Assembly: GCA_946184615.1 (NCBI GenBank)
Contig: CAMHFN010000011.1
Location: 5,035-69,034, forward strand
DNA: 64,000 bases
From: an uncultured Bacteroidales bacterium
GTDB lineage: Bacteria; Bacteroidota; Bacteroidia; Bacteroidales; F082
Direction of reading: 5' to 3'
Positions 26,654 to 35,932 of this stretch are shown here, piece after piece. Below the pieces are notes generated by a model, which worked only from the letters and a program-made list of their open reading frames with translations, was not told where the DNA came from and ran no database searches. A program made the position numbers and the translations under genes. Each line of letters opens with the position of its first letter. The first letter of the stretch is position 1.

Positions 26654-27742
26654 TTAGCATCCCTGCGGGATGCGGATAACAACATCGATGGCCCCTACCC
26701 CAAACTTGGCAATCGAAGCCATGCGGTTTTCCGTATTCTTATACTTCTTCAATTCTTCGATGATGGCATTCTTTAGCACTCCGTTGCCCACCCCATGAAT
26801 AAAGGTCACCTTGTTGTACTCCGCTGCGATGGCACTCTCCAGCATCTTCCGGAAATAGTCCATCTGGATGGTGAACATGTCGTGGCTCGACAAACCCGCT
26901 ATATTATCCACCAACTCGGCGATATGCAGGTCGACGGTAGCTTCCCCTGGAGCAGTACGATGTTTGTCAATGGGCGCTTCCTGCTTCATCAAGTCTTTCT
27001 TAGGCGCCTGAGAGCCAACGCCTTCCTTCACAATCCGCATCAAGTCGGGATCCCCCCTCTTCAAGGCCACCATTTCCGATAGACATACCATCACCGCTTT
27101 CTCACCCAGCACTCCCGACATGAGGTAACTGCCTTCTTTGAAAAACCGATTTGTCCGCAAAGAGAACGGGGCATTCAAAGGCATCAAAATCTCATCCGCC
27201 GTTTCTTTCGTAAAGATGGCCTGCACGATACCATTGCACCAATAGTCCAAATCCTCGCGGGAGATGGTTTCCACCACCACCTTCTCATACTTCTCCATCT
27301 GCCCATAGTCCACATTGACGAACTTGTCTTCCTCTTTTATCGTAAAAGTGTAAAGCATCTCATACGGTGTATGGTTCACCAGCATCACATCCAGGGCTCC
27401 TGTCAACAACCATTGTTGCTCATGAGGGACGAATGCCAGATACACTCCCTCTTTCTCCGCCTCCTTGGCAAAACGACGGAGACCACCGTGGCGGGCATCT
27501 TCCTCCTGCTGTTGTTGCAATGCCTCTCGTTCCTTGATCTCCTGCTGCACCGTGTCCACAATCTGTTGCTGTCGCGATGGCTGGCTGCGGTAGTCCAATA
27601 CAATCTCCGAAATCAAAGTAGGAAGTTCGAAGCCGTCTTCCACCTCCACCATCACCATACGCGAGTCGATGATTTTCGTAATCTTTCCACCACCCACGTT
27701 GTTCAGGAAGTTCACCCTGTCGCCAATCTTGAATGCAGTCAT
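26654..27742 (-). CDS. Smr (MutS2-type small nuclease-related) domain protein
   Basis: Trimmed to ATG 27742 (MTAFKIGDRVNFLNNVGGGKITKI...). The C-terminal TVDLHIAELVD...KVTFIHGVGNGVLKNAIIEELKKY is an Smr domain. Confidence 0.7.
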   Translation of the reverse strand: MTAFKIGDRVNFLNNVGGGKITKIIDSRMVMVEVEDGFELPTLISEIVLDYRSQPSRQQQIVDTVQQEIKEREALQQQQEEDARHGGLRRFAKEAEKEGVYLAFVPHEQQWLLTGALDVMLVNHTPYEMLYTFTIKEEDKFVNVDYGQMEKYEKVVVETISREDLDYWCNGIVQAIFTKETADEILMPLNAPFSLRTNRFFKEGSYLMSGVLGEKAVMVCLSEMVALKRGDPDLMRIVKEGVGSQAPKKDLMKQEAPIDKHRTAPGEATVDLHIAELVDNIAGLSSHDMFTIQMDYFRKMLESAIAAEYNKVTFIHGVGNGVLKNAIIEELKKYKNTENRMASIAKFGVGAIDVVIRIPQGC

Positions 27743-27818
27743 AACACAAAACGTTTTAGGCTGCAAAAATACAAAATTGGAAAGATTTTTGTAACATTGC
27801 AGCGGGATTTGAACAATC

Positions 27819-28685
27819 ATGACAAGAATAAAGCCAGTTATAATGGTGATGTTGGCGCTCTTTTTGGCCGCCTGCACTGACCACGACAAGCACGGGGCCA
27901 TCACCCTTTATGTTTTGCACGAGGTTGACGGCACATCGTTGGTCATGGATAACCTGAACTACGCCAACGAGGCTGGAAACCCTTACCTCGTCAACGAAGT
28001 GCAGTGGTTCATCTCGAATTTAGAGCTAGAAAACTGCAACGGTGACTGCATTAGGCTGATGGAGACCTGGTATATCGACACCAACATTCCCGGGTCCCAG
28101 TCCATAGGAATATCCGATGTGCCACTTGGCTCCTATCGAACAATTCGTTTCACTTTTGGCTTGAACGATGCCGACAACCAGTCGGGTGTCTTTAACAATC
28201 CACCTGAAAGCAACATGTTCTGGCCTGATGAACTGGGGGGGGGCTATCATTATATGAAACTCAACGGCAAATACCAAACCTCCGATAGCCTTCTTGCACC
28301 CTTGGCCATCCATCTGGGCAGAGGACAAAACGCCGAGCTCACCGAGTTTTACGACAACAGTTTCGTTGTTGAACTCCCCATTGAACTCGACGTGTACGAA
28401 GGCAAGGATTATCCAGTTGGCATCATCATGAACATCAACAAATGGTTCCGCGACCCATACATCTATGACTTCAACACCTTCGGCAGTGCCATCATGCAGA
28501 ACCAAGAGGCCCAAAGCATCCTGAAAGCCAATGGAAACGGCGTATTCCAAGCCATAACCCATTTTAAAATGGAATCACTTTTAAAAACCGGCACCGAGCT
28601 TCTGCAAAAAGCAGCACCCCAACCCCATTTCATGACGTGGGAGAACATCAAAAAAAGAATAGAAAGCATCAAAGAGCGCTTATGA
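27819..28685 (+). CDS. mbnP: MbnP-family lipoprotein (copper-binding partner of MbnH)
   Basis: Lipobox LFLAAC. LYVLHEVDGTSLVMDNLNYANEAGNPYLVNEVQWFISNLEL and GGGYHYMKLNGKY fit the MbnP pattern. A di-haem peroxidase gene follows immediately with an ATGA overlap. Confidence 0.6.
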   Translation: MTRIKPVIMVMLALFLAACTDHDKHGAITLYVLHEVDGTSLVMDNLNYANEAGNPYLVNEVQWFISNLELENCNGDCIRLMETWYIDTNIPGSQSIGISDVPLGSYRTIRFTFGLNDADNQSGVFNNPPESNMFWPDELGGGYHYMKLNGKYQTSDSLLAPLAIHLGRGQNAELTEFYDNSFVVELPIELDVYEGKDYPVGIIMNINKWFRDPYIYDFNTFGSAIMQNQEAQSILKANGNGVFQAITHFKMESLLKTGTELLQKAAPQPHFMTWENIKKRIESIKERL

Positions 28686-29698
28686 GACTCACTTCTTTGC
28701 AAGCGGGACATCAAGGAATGCGGCAAAGCCTCTTTGTGGCGTTGATACTGTTGGTGTTTGTTTCGTGCAAGCCTCAACCAGAGGAGCCTTACCAACCCAC
28801 GCCCTATGAATTGCCATCGCCGCTGTTTTTCCCTACTACCAACAACATTCCCGAAGACAATCCCATGACCAAGGAAGGAGTGGAATTAGGAAACGTGTTG
28901 TTTTTTGAGGAAGGAAGTTGCGCCTCATGTCATCACCAAGAACACAGTTATGAATTGGGGCCCGAAGGAACGCTGGAACATCTCGGGACACAACACACCA
29001 TGCTCCCCTTGATCAACATTGCCTGGAACACCACAGGGCTGGGCTGGAAGTGTCAAGTGCCCACACTGGAGGAAATGGTCTATGCGGCTTATACCGACCC
29101 AACTGAGATCAACGCGGACACCTCTGAAGTGGTCAAAAGGCTACAGCAATCCGAAAACTATCCTGAACTTTTTAAAAAGGCTTTTGGCACGGAAGAAATC
29201 ACCTTTGTCCTCGTGGAGAAAGCCATCGCCCAATATGTCCGCAGCCTAGTGTTCGCTGACAGCAAGTTCGACCGCTACTTGCGAGGAGAGGAACAGCTCA
29301 CCCAAGACGAGTTAAACGGTTACTTGCTCTTCACCACCGAAAACGGTGCTGACTGCTTCCACTGTCACGGTGGTGGTGCCAACGCCCTATTCACCACCAA
29401 CCTGCGTTATAATAACGGTCTCGACGCCAACGGCCAAGAAGAATTCAAAGCCCCTACCCTACGCAACATCGCCCTCACGGCCCCCTACATGCACGATGGA
29501 CGTTTCAGCACCCTCGACGAAGTCATCAACTTCTACTCCGAAGGTGTGCAATACTCCGAGCAAATCAGTCCCCTGATGCACCATGTGATGCAAGGGGGCG
29601 TCCAGCTCACCGATCAAGAAAAACAACAACTCAAGGCTTTCCTCTACACTTTAACGGATACGTCGTTGCGAGGGAGGAACGACCGAAGCATTCCATAA
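28682..29698 (+). CDS. mbnH: Di-haem cytochrome c peroxidase / MauG-like enzyme (MbnH family)
   Basis: Two CxxCH haem motifs (CASCH, CFHCH). The CCP pattern KAPTLRNIALTAPYMHDG is present. The start is either 28682 (overlapping the mbnP stop) or 28718 (MRQSLFVALILLVFVSC lipobox). Confidence 0.7.
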   Translation: MRLTSLQAGHQGMRQSLFVALILLVFVSCKPQPEEPYQPTPYELPSPLFFPTTNNIPEDNPMTKEGVELGNVLFFEEGSCASCHHQEHSYELGPEGTLEHLGTQHTMLPLINIAWNTTGLGWKCQVPTLEEMVYAAYTDPTEINADTSEVVKRLQQSENYPELFKKAFGTEEITFVLVEKAIAQYVRSLVFADSKFDRYLRGEEQLTQDELNGYLLFTTENGADCFHCHGGGANALFTTNLRYNNGLDANGQEEFKAPTLRNIALTAPYMHDGRFSTLDEVINFYSEGVQYSEQISPLMHHVMQGGVQLTDQEKQQLKAFLYTLTDTSLRGRNDRSIP

Positions 29699-29708
29699 TA
29701 CCGGCACT

Positions 29709-30947
29709 ATGAGTTACCTCAAATCAAACGACCTCTTTACTAAAATCCCCACCGAGGAGATCTACCAGCACGTGCCCCATCCCATGGTCATTGCTGACCA
29801 TCTCATGACCCCCGACAACATCGGGGCATTGATTCGCCTTGCTGACAACATCGGGGCCACCGAGGTGTGTTTTCTAGGGAACGAGGACGACCACCGTCTC
29901 AGCAAAGTACGACGCGCCGCTGCTTCAAGTCGCGACAATATCCATTGGTTTTTCTCCGTGGAAACCGACCTCCATAAGATTGTTCCTTCTGGCAAGGCGA
30001 TCGTCGCCATCGAAACCGCCGACAACGCCACCTGCATCTACGACACACAACTACCTGAGGACATCGCCTTCATGGTAGGCAACGAACGCAACGGCATCGC
30101 AGAAGACCTGCTCAAGCAATGCGACAAGGTAGTTTACATCCCCGTTCCTGGTCCGACCCGTTCCCTCAATGTCAGTCACGCTGCTGCCGTAGCGCTATTT
30201 GAATGGCAACGACAAATGCTGCTTAGAAGTAAGAAGACAGAAGTAAGGAGTAAGAAGACCTATCAGCACCTGTTTTTCGATCTCGACCGGACGCTTTGGG
30301 ACTTCGACGCGGCCGCCGAGGTGGCTTTCGAGCGCATCTACGAAAAATACCATCTCAAGGAGTTAGGTATCCCCAGCGCTCATGATTTCCACGAGGTGTA
30401 TCATCCCTTGAACGAAAAACTTTGGGAGCTTTACCGTGCTGATCAGATCACCAAGGATGAACTCAACCGCACCCGATTCCTGAAGCCATTGGAGCATTAT
30501 GGCATCCATGATGTTGAATTGGCCGACCATCTGAGTGAGGATTACGTGTACTGGTCACCTCGCATCGTGCGACTCGTTCCAGGCACCATGGAATTACTGG
30601 AATATCTAAAGCCGAAATATCATTTACATTTGATCACCAACGGTTTCCAGGAGGTGCAACACACCAAGTTGAGCGGCTCGGGCATGGAGTCCTATTTCGA
30701 AACCTTGACCGTCTCAGAGGAAGTCGGTGTGAAAAAACCCAACCCCGAAATCTTCCTTTATGCCTTAAAGAAAGCCGGTGCCACCCTTGAAGAGAGTTTG
30801 ATGATTGGTGACGAGATGGCGGTGGACATCGACGGTGCCCGAGCCGCAGGAATGGATCAGCTCTTCTTCAATCCCTCAAAGGAGGAATCCGAAGGAGCGC
30901 GGACTTTTGAAGTCTATAATCTACTTGAAATCAAAGAAATACTTTAA
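29709..30947 (+). CDS. Fusion protein: SpoU/TrmH-type RNA 2'-O-methyltransferase + HAD hydrolase (YjjG-like 5'-nucleotidase)
   Basis: The N-terminal half has FMVGNERNGIAEDLL and IPVPGPTRSLNVSHAAAVALFEW. The linker is RSKKTEVRSKKT. The C-terminal half has FFDLDRTLWDF, ITNGF, KKPNPEIF and IGDEMAVDIDGARAAGM. There is no stop or start codon between the two halves. Confidence 0.75.
   Translation: MSYLKSNDLFTKIPTEEIYQHVPHPMVIADHLMTPDNIGALIRLADNIGATEVCFLGNEDDHRLSKVRRAAASSRDNIHWFFSVETDLHKIVPSGKAIVAIETADNATCIYDTQLPEDIAFMVGNERNGIAEDLLKQCDKVVYIPVPGPTRSLNVSHAAAVALFEWQRQMLLRSKKTEVRSKKTYQHLFFDLDRTLWDFDAAAEVAFERIYEKYHLKELGIPSAHDFHEVYHPLNEKLWELYRADQITKDELNRTRFLKPLEHYGIHDVELADHLSEDYVYWSPRIVRLVPGTMELLEYLKPKYHLHLITNGFQEVQHTKLSGSGMESYFETLTVSEEVGVKKPNPEIFLYALKKAGATLEESLMIGDEMAVDIDGARAAGMDQLFFNPSKEESEGARTFEVYNLLEIKEIL
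30225..30259. repeat. Heptamer tandem repeat (AGAAGTA AGAAGAC AGAAGTA AGGAGTA AGAAGAC) inside a CDS
   Basis: Read directly. It encodes the RSKKTEVRSKKT linker, and the other two forward frames contain TAA. Confidence 0.85.
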
Positions 30948-30981
30948 TTATTTTGCAATGATATCCTTAGAATAATCCTGA

Positions 30982-31656
30982 TTAGGATAAAATCGCCAAA
31001 ACTGTCTCTTTCCCTACGGTCCGGTGACCGATTTTCACTTTGACCTCGGCATCCAAAGGCAAAAAGACATCCACACGGGAGCCGAAACGGATCATACCCA
31101 ATTCTTCCCCAGCAACAGCCTCGTCACCAGGCTCCAAGTCACACACAATCCGCCGCGCCACAAAACCGGCAATTTGGCGCACCAGCACTTCCCTGCCTTG
31201 CGTATCTTTGATTACGATGGAGTTATGTTCATTGTCGGAGGACGACTTGGGCTTGAATGCCAACAAGAACTTCCCCGGATGGTATTTATAATACGTCACC
31301 TCCCCATCAAATGGGAAAAAATTGATGTGGACATCATAAATCGACATGAAGATGGAGATTTGACGACGTTTGTCATGGAAATACTCCTCTTCCACCACTT
31401 CCTCATTGGCGGCAACCACACCATCGGCAGGGGCCAAAACAGCATTTTCTTCCAGGGTAGTCTTACGCCAGATCGGAACGCGAAAGAAACGTATCGTTAA
31501 GATAAAGACAATCAGCTCAAAAGCATACAACAAGTAATGCCAAACCGTCTGTCGAGGCCACAACACATTCACCAGAATGATAATTGAAGCCACAACAGCA
31601 AAAGCAATCAGTATGGCCTTTGTACCTTCCTCGTGTATCCTTTTATGAATCTTCAT
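30982..31656 (-). CDS. psd: Phosphatidylserine decarboxylase proenzyme
   Basis: 224 aa. Two N-terminal TM segments. APADGVV and the self-cleavage region MIRFGSRVDVFLP are present. Confidence 0.8.
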   Translation of the reverse strand: MKIHKRIHEEGTKAILIAFAVVASIIILVNVLWPRQTVWHYLLYAFELIVFILTIRFFRVPIWRKTTLEENAVLAPADGVVAANEEVVEEEYFHDKRRQISIFMSIYDVHINFFPFDGEVTYYKYHPGKFLLAFKPKSSSDNEHNSIVIKDTQGREVLVRQIAGFVARRIVCDLEPGDEAVAGEELGMIRFGSRVDVFLPLDAEVKVKIGHRTVGKETVLAILS

Positions 31657-32441
31657 AGCAGCAGCAAATATACAAAAACGAATGGCACGGCAAAAAGAAC
31701 CGAGTCAAAACGATCCAAAATCCCTCCATGACCTGGGATGAGGTTCCCTGAATCCTTCACCCCCGCCTGACGCTTCAACATCGACTCGCACAGGTCGCCC
31801 AAAGTACCAAACACCACAGCGATAAGACCCATACCGATAGCTTCCTTTATGGAGAGCCAGTCTGCATAACGACTGAAAACGATGACGCCTACTAATGTAA
31901 ACACCAACCCACCGACACTCCCCTCAATGGTCTTTCCTGGGGAGATGCGTTCAAAGAGTTTATGCTTACCAAGTAGCCGACCTGTTAAGTAAGCGAAGGT
32001 ATCGTTCGCCCAAAGCAAAATAAAAACCAACAGCAGCATCTTAGGCGAATACAACTCTCGCAACCATACCATGAAAAAGCAAGGAAGGCTCAACAAAACG
32101 ACAGCACCGAAATGGTAGGCCGCAATGGACTTGAAATCGTCGGTGGTTGAAAACAAGGCCATTAGGAAAGGTAACAGCGGAAGCAAAAGCAAGATCGCCG
32201 AAAACGGCTTGTCGCTCAGCAGTCCAAGGGAAGCAGCAGCGAAAGCTCCTATGGCCATCAGCACACCGAATACAAGTTGCCATCGACTCTGAAGATGCAT
32301 TAATCGGCTCATTTCAAAGGTACCCACCCCGACGATGAACAAGGCCAACGCCCAACAAGTCCAGGGAGAAATGAAAATGCAGGCAATGATGAGAGCCACT
32401 AGCACTGCACCCGATAGGGTTCTAATCAACAGTTCTTTCAT
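31653..32441 (-). CDS. cdsA: Phosphatidate cytidylyltransferase (CDP-diglyceride synthase)
   Basis: Trimmed to ATG 32441. A polytopic membrane protein with the C-terminal signature SMLKRQAGVKDSGNLIPGHGGILDRFDS. It overlaps psd by 4 nt. Confidence 0.85.
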   Translation of the reverse strand: MKELLIRTLSGAVLVALIIACIFISPWTCWALALFIVGVGTFEMSRLMHLQSRWQLVFGVLMAIGAFAAASLGLLSDKPFSAILLLLPLLPFLMALFSTTDDFKSIAAYHFGAVVLLSLPCFFMVWLRELYSPKMLLLVFILLWANDTFAYLTGRLLGKHKLFERISPGKTIEGSVGGLVFTLVGVIVFSRYADWLSIKEAIGMGLIAVVFGTLGDLCESMLKRQAGVKDSGNLIPGHGGILDRFDSVLFAVPFVFVYLLLL

Positions 32442-32451
32442 AATGCAAAAA

Positions 32452-32485
32452 TAAAAAAAGCCGCCCACACGGGACGGCTTTTTTA
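32452..32485. terminator. Bidirectional rho-independent terminator
   Basis: The hairpin agccgccc-acac-gggacggct is flanked by A8 and T6. It sits just downstream of the 32503 stop on the minus strand. Confidence 0.7.
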
Positions 32486-32502
32486 AAATCTTTGTGAAAA
32501 GA

Positions 32503-34971
32503 TTACTTGGTGATGACCACACGCTGGACGTGGTTGACGCCATTGTTTTCGTAGATGCTGAAGAAGTAGATACCTGCTTCAACATTCATTTCGATGGTGT
32601 TGACCACCTCGTTGAGTTTCACCACACGGACCAGTTGGCCAGCTACGTTGTAGATAGCGACGCTGTTGAGGTTCTCACCCTTCAAGGTCACTGAGGTAGT
32701 GGCAGGGTTAGGATAGATCTCATAAGCATTGATGCCGCTTTCTTCAACAGCATCGAGGTCAGCATTGAGGGTCACAGGGATCTCAATATGGGGATTCTCC
32801 TGGTCATTGGTGTTGATGATGAGGTTGGCTTCGTAAGCACCTTGTTCAAGACCGATGGTATTCAAAGAGAGTGTGATGGTCTCTGACTGACCGCCCATGA
32901 TGGAGCCTTCATTCTTGTTGATTTGAGCCCAAGTGGCAGGAACAGGAGTACCCACGCAATTGGCAGCGATGAACCAAGCACCGTGGAAGGTGTCACCGTA
33001 GCAGTGGTCGAAGCTGCTGCCCGTGCTGAGCCAGTTACCATCATTGTTATCGGGCAAGGTTTGACCGTCCATGCTCAGAGGATATTCTTCTGCAGCTTGT
33101 TCCAGTTGGACAGCGACCCACATGGTCTGACCCGTCATAGGAACAGGATTATCGAATGTAGCTTCAATCCATACGCCAGCACCGCTGTTGGAAACGGCCT
33201 TTTCAGCAAGCATCTCACCAGGCTGGTTTTGTGAACCCTGACCATAGACACGGAAGATGTAGTTGTGGTCAGTGGATTGATACGAAGGATTGATGTAATA
33301 TTTCGCAGAAACGATCTTCATACCCATGGCGGCACCTGCATAGGCAGTAGCGGGCAGACGGATGGCCATTTCACGGGTATAAGCGGTACTGCTACCAATA
33401 CCACTGACATTGTCAACAACACCGTCATGGTATTTGAGTTCAGCCGTCTGGCTGCCAGATCCACCTTCACCGAAGTCGAGCCAGCCACTCCAGTCACCGA
33501 TGGAGTTACCTGTATTGTCGATGACGATGTCAACGGTAGTCATATCGTCCTCGCTGAGGGTCTCGTTGACTTCGCTAGGATTAACGCTGAGTTCCGGAGC
33601 GGATTCGCCACCAATCTTCTTGAAGCTGAAGTTGTCGAGGAAGAACTGTGAAGAGCCATCTTCCATAGGAGCGAAGAAGTCCATGGCAGCCATGGTACGA
33701 CCCACGGTGTTGGCACCGAAGCTATCCAAGCTCCATTGCCATGTGCAAACAAATTGTTCTTCACCACCAGGAGCGGTGTAATAGAAGTTGGCAACATCCG
33801 TGTCGGTATCCACATTCAGGCGGAAGTGCATCCATTCATCAAACACGAGATTGGTCAATGTAGCGGTTGAGTTGCTACCGGCATGGACGGTACCTTGACC
33901 AGGAGCCACGGTAGAGTTCTGACCATCGTTGAGCAGGTGGAGGTAGCACTGCATAGCCCATTTACTGTTGGAACCGGCGAAACGGTGCAGGATGTTAAAA
34001 TAACCATTATTGCCATCGGGGACAAGAATGTCAAACTCGAGGTCGTAGTTGCCGTTCTCTTCATCACCCAGGAGGAACACTTGGTCAACAACACCACTGA
34101 TCTCAACACATTGAGATCCGCCCATGGTTCTGATGATACCATCCTCAGTTGTTCCAGGATGATTGTTCCAGGTGGTCCAGTAATCCTGACCCATGGCTAT
34201 GGACTGTTGAGCGAGATATTCACCCACGGTATAAGCTTCGAAGTCTTCGAAACGAAGCTGTTCATCATTGCTTTGAAGGGTGACTTCGAGGTTATCGATG
34301 TAATACTCAGAGGTAGAGGCATTCGTAGGAGGGAAGAAGTCCATGGCACCAAGGATACGGTTGGTGGTGTTCTCACCGAAGCTGTCCAAGCTCCACTGCC
34401 ACTCGGCATACATTACTTCAGGTTGGCCCACCACGTTGAAGTACAATTGAGCGACATCGTTGTCGGCATTGACATGAACGCGGAAGTGCATCCATTCGTC
34501 GTAGACGCAAGGCAGGTCGCAAGTGTTATTGCTACCAGCGTGCACAGTGCCATGGCCAGGAGCTGAGGTGGAGTTCTGACCATCGTTGGTCTCATGCATG
34601 TAAACCTGCATAGCCCAGATACAGTTGTCGGCGTTGGTGCCGTCAAAGTGGTGCAGGACATTGAAATAACCATTCTTACCATTCGGTACATAAGCGTCAA
34701 ACTCAAGGTCATAAACGCCCGTTTCATGGTCACCGAGGTAAAGAATTTGGTCGTTGCCATAGGTGAAATGGGCAGCCATGGAGCCACCAACCTCACCGAA
34801 GACACCATCTTCGGAACCACCTGGAGCATTGGTCCAAGTCGTCCAAGGCATACCATAGGTCTGAGCGATCTTAGCGCCGGCCTCACCGTCGTTGAAATCG
34901 TAGCTCATCTGAGCAAATGAATTGCCACATACGAAGGCAATCATTGCAATGAGTAAAGTTAATCTTTTCAT
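32503..34971 (-). CDS. Secreted protein with two tandem ~210-aa jelly-roll-like repeats and a T9SS C-terminal sorting domain
   Basis: 822 aa. Signal peptide MKRLTLLIAMIAFVCGNSFAQ. Residues 23-231 and 240-451 align with each other (..WTTW.N.PG..EDG..., YDLEFD..VP.G.NGYFN.LH.F, NDGQNST.APG.GTVHAGSN, DEWMHFR, WQWSLDSFG.NT, AMDFF.P). The CTD reads YEIYPNPATTSVTL...GIYFFSIYENNGVNHVQRVVITK. Confidence 0.75.
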   Translation of the reverse strand: MKRLTLLIAMIAFVCGNSFAQMSYDFNDGEAGAKIAQTYGMPWTTWTNAPGGSEDGVFGEVGGSMAAHFTYGNDQILYLGDHETGVYDLEFDAYVPNGKNGYFNVLHHFDGTNADNCIWAMQVYMHETNDGQNSTSAPGHGTVHAGSNNTCDLPCVYDEWMHFRVHVNADNDVAQLYFNVVGQPEVMYAEWQWSLDSFGENTTNRILGAMDFFPPTNASTSEYYIDNLEVTLQSNDEQLRFEDFEAYTVGEYLAQQSIAMGQDYWTTWNNHPGTTEDGIIRTMGGSQCVEISGVVDQVFLLGDEENGNYDLEFDILVPDGNNGYFNILHRFAGSNSKWAMQCYLHLLNDGQNSTVAPGQGTVHAGSNSTATLTNLVFDEWMHFRLNVDTDTDVANFYYTAPGGEEQFVCTWQWSLDSFGANTVGRTMAAMDFFAPMEDGSSQFFLDNFSFKKIGGESAPELSVNPSEVNETLSEDDMTTVDIVIDNTGNSIGDWSGWLDFGEGGSGSQTAELKYHDGVVDNVSGIGSSTAYTREMAIRLPATAYAGAAMGMKIVSAKYYINPSYQSTDHNYIFRVYGQGSQNQPGEMLAEKAVSNSGAGVWIEATFDNPVPMTGQTMWVAVQLEQAAEEYPLSMDGQTLPDNNDGNWLSTGSSFDHCYGDTFHGAWFIAANCVGTPVPATWAQINKNEGSIMGGQSETITLSLNTIGLEQGAYEANLIINTNDQENPHIEIPVTLNADLDAVEESGINAYEIYPNPATTSVTLKGENLNSVAIYNVAGQLVRVVKLNEVVNTIEMNVEAGIYFFSIYENNGVNHVQRVVITK

Positions 34972-35077
34972 AATGAATAATTTAGTTAATAATTAATAGT
35001 TTTAAGATGTTTATTCAATTTCTATTTCGGGCTACAAATATAATAATTTTTTAAAAAAGGATGGTTTTTTGAAACTT

Positions 35078-35863
35078 TTATCTTTTATCTCTCATCTTTA
35101 TTTTCGCTTCTTTCCAGTAGGCAATCATCTCATCCAGGGTCAGATGTTGCACCCCTTTACCTTGTTCCCGTGCACATTGTTCAAGATAAGTAAACCGTTC
35201 ACGGAACTTTTTGTTGGTTTTCTCCAAAGCATCATCCGGGTTCACACCTATATATATACCGTATGCGGCAAGTGCAAACAGCAGGTCACCGTATTCAGCT
35301 TCTACATTCTCGTGATTGTCGGGTTTTTGCAATTCTTCAAACAGTTCTCCCTTCTCTTCCTCCACCTTATTCCAAGCCGCATCAGCACTAGGCCATTTAA
35401 AGCCCACTCCGGCCGTCTTTTGGTGCATCCTGTAAGCTTTCAACAGAGAAGGAAGTCCATTAGGGACCCCTCCCAGCACGCTACGGTTGTGCTCCCGTTC
35501 CAGCTTAATCTTTTCCCAATTCTGTTCCACTTGCTCTGCGTTCTCCACTTTTTCGTTCCCGAAAATATGTGGGTGGCGCACTACCATCTTATCACAAATG
35601 CCGTTCAACACATCAGTGATGTCGAAAGCCCCTTTTTCGCTGCCGATTTTGGCGTAAAAGACCAAATGCAGCATCAAGTCGCCCAGTTCCTTTTTCACTT
35701 CGTTGAGGTCTTCTGCCAAAATAGCTTCGCTTAACTCAAAGGTTTCCTCAATCGTCAGATGACGCAGACTCTCAATGGTCTGCGTGCTGTCCCACGGACA
35801 TCCGGCTCTGACCCTGTCCATGATGTCCAACAGACGTTTGAATGCTTCAAGACGTTCATCCAT
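35078..35863 (-). CDS. mazG: Nucleoside triphosphate pyrophosphohydrolase MazG
   Basis: Trimmed to ATG 35863. CPWDSTQTIESLRHLTIEETFELSEAI, EELGDLMLHLVFY and a second EAEYGDLLFAL repeat are present. Confidence 0.85.
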   Translation of the reverse strand: MDERLEAFKRLLDIMDRVRAGCPWDSTQTIESLRHLTIEETFELSEAILAEDLNEVKKELGDLMLHLVFYAKIGSEKGAFDITDVLNGICDKMVVRHPHIFGNEKVENAEQVEQNWEKIKLEREHNRSVLGGVPNGLPSLLKAYRMHQKTAGVGFKWPSADAAWNKVEEEKGELFEELQKPDNHENVEAEYGDLLFALAAYGIYIGVNPDDALEKTNKKFRERFTYLEQCAREQGKGVQHLTLDEMIAYWKEAKIKMRDKR

Positions 35864-35932
35864 AACAATAGTTTTGACTGCAAAAATACACATTTCAAAA
35901 ATAAAATACCTAACTTTGCAGTTTTGCATGTG

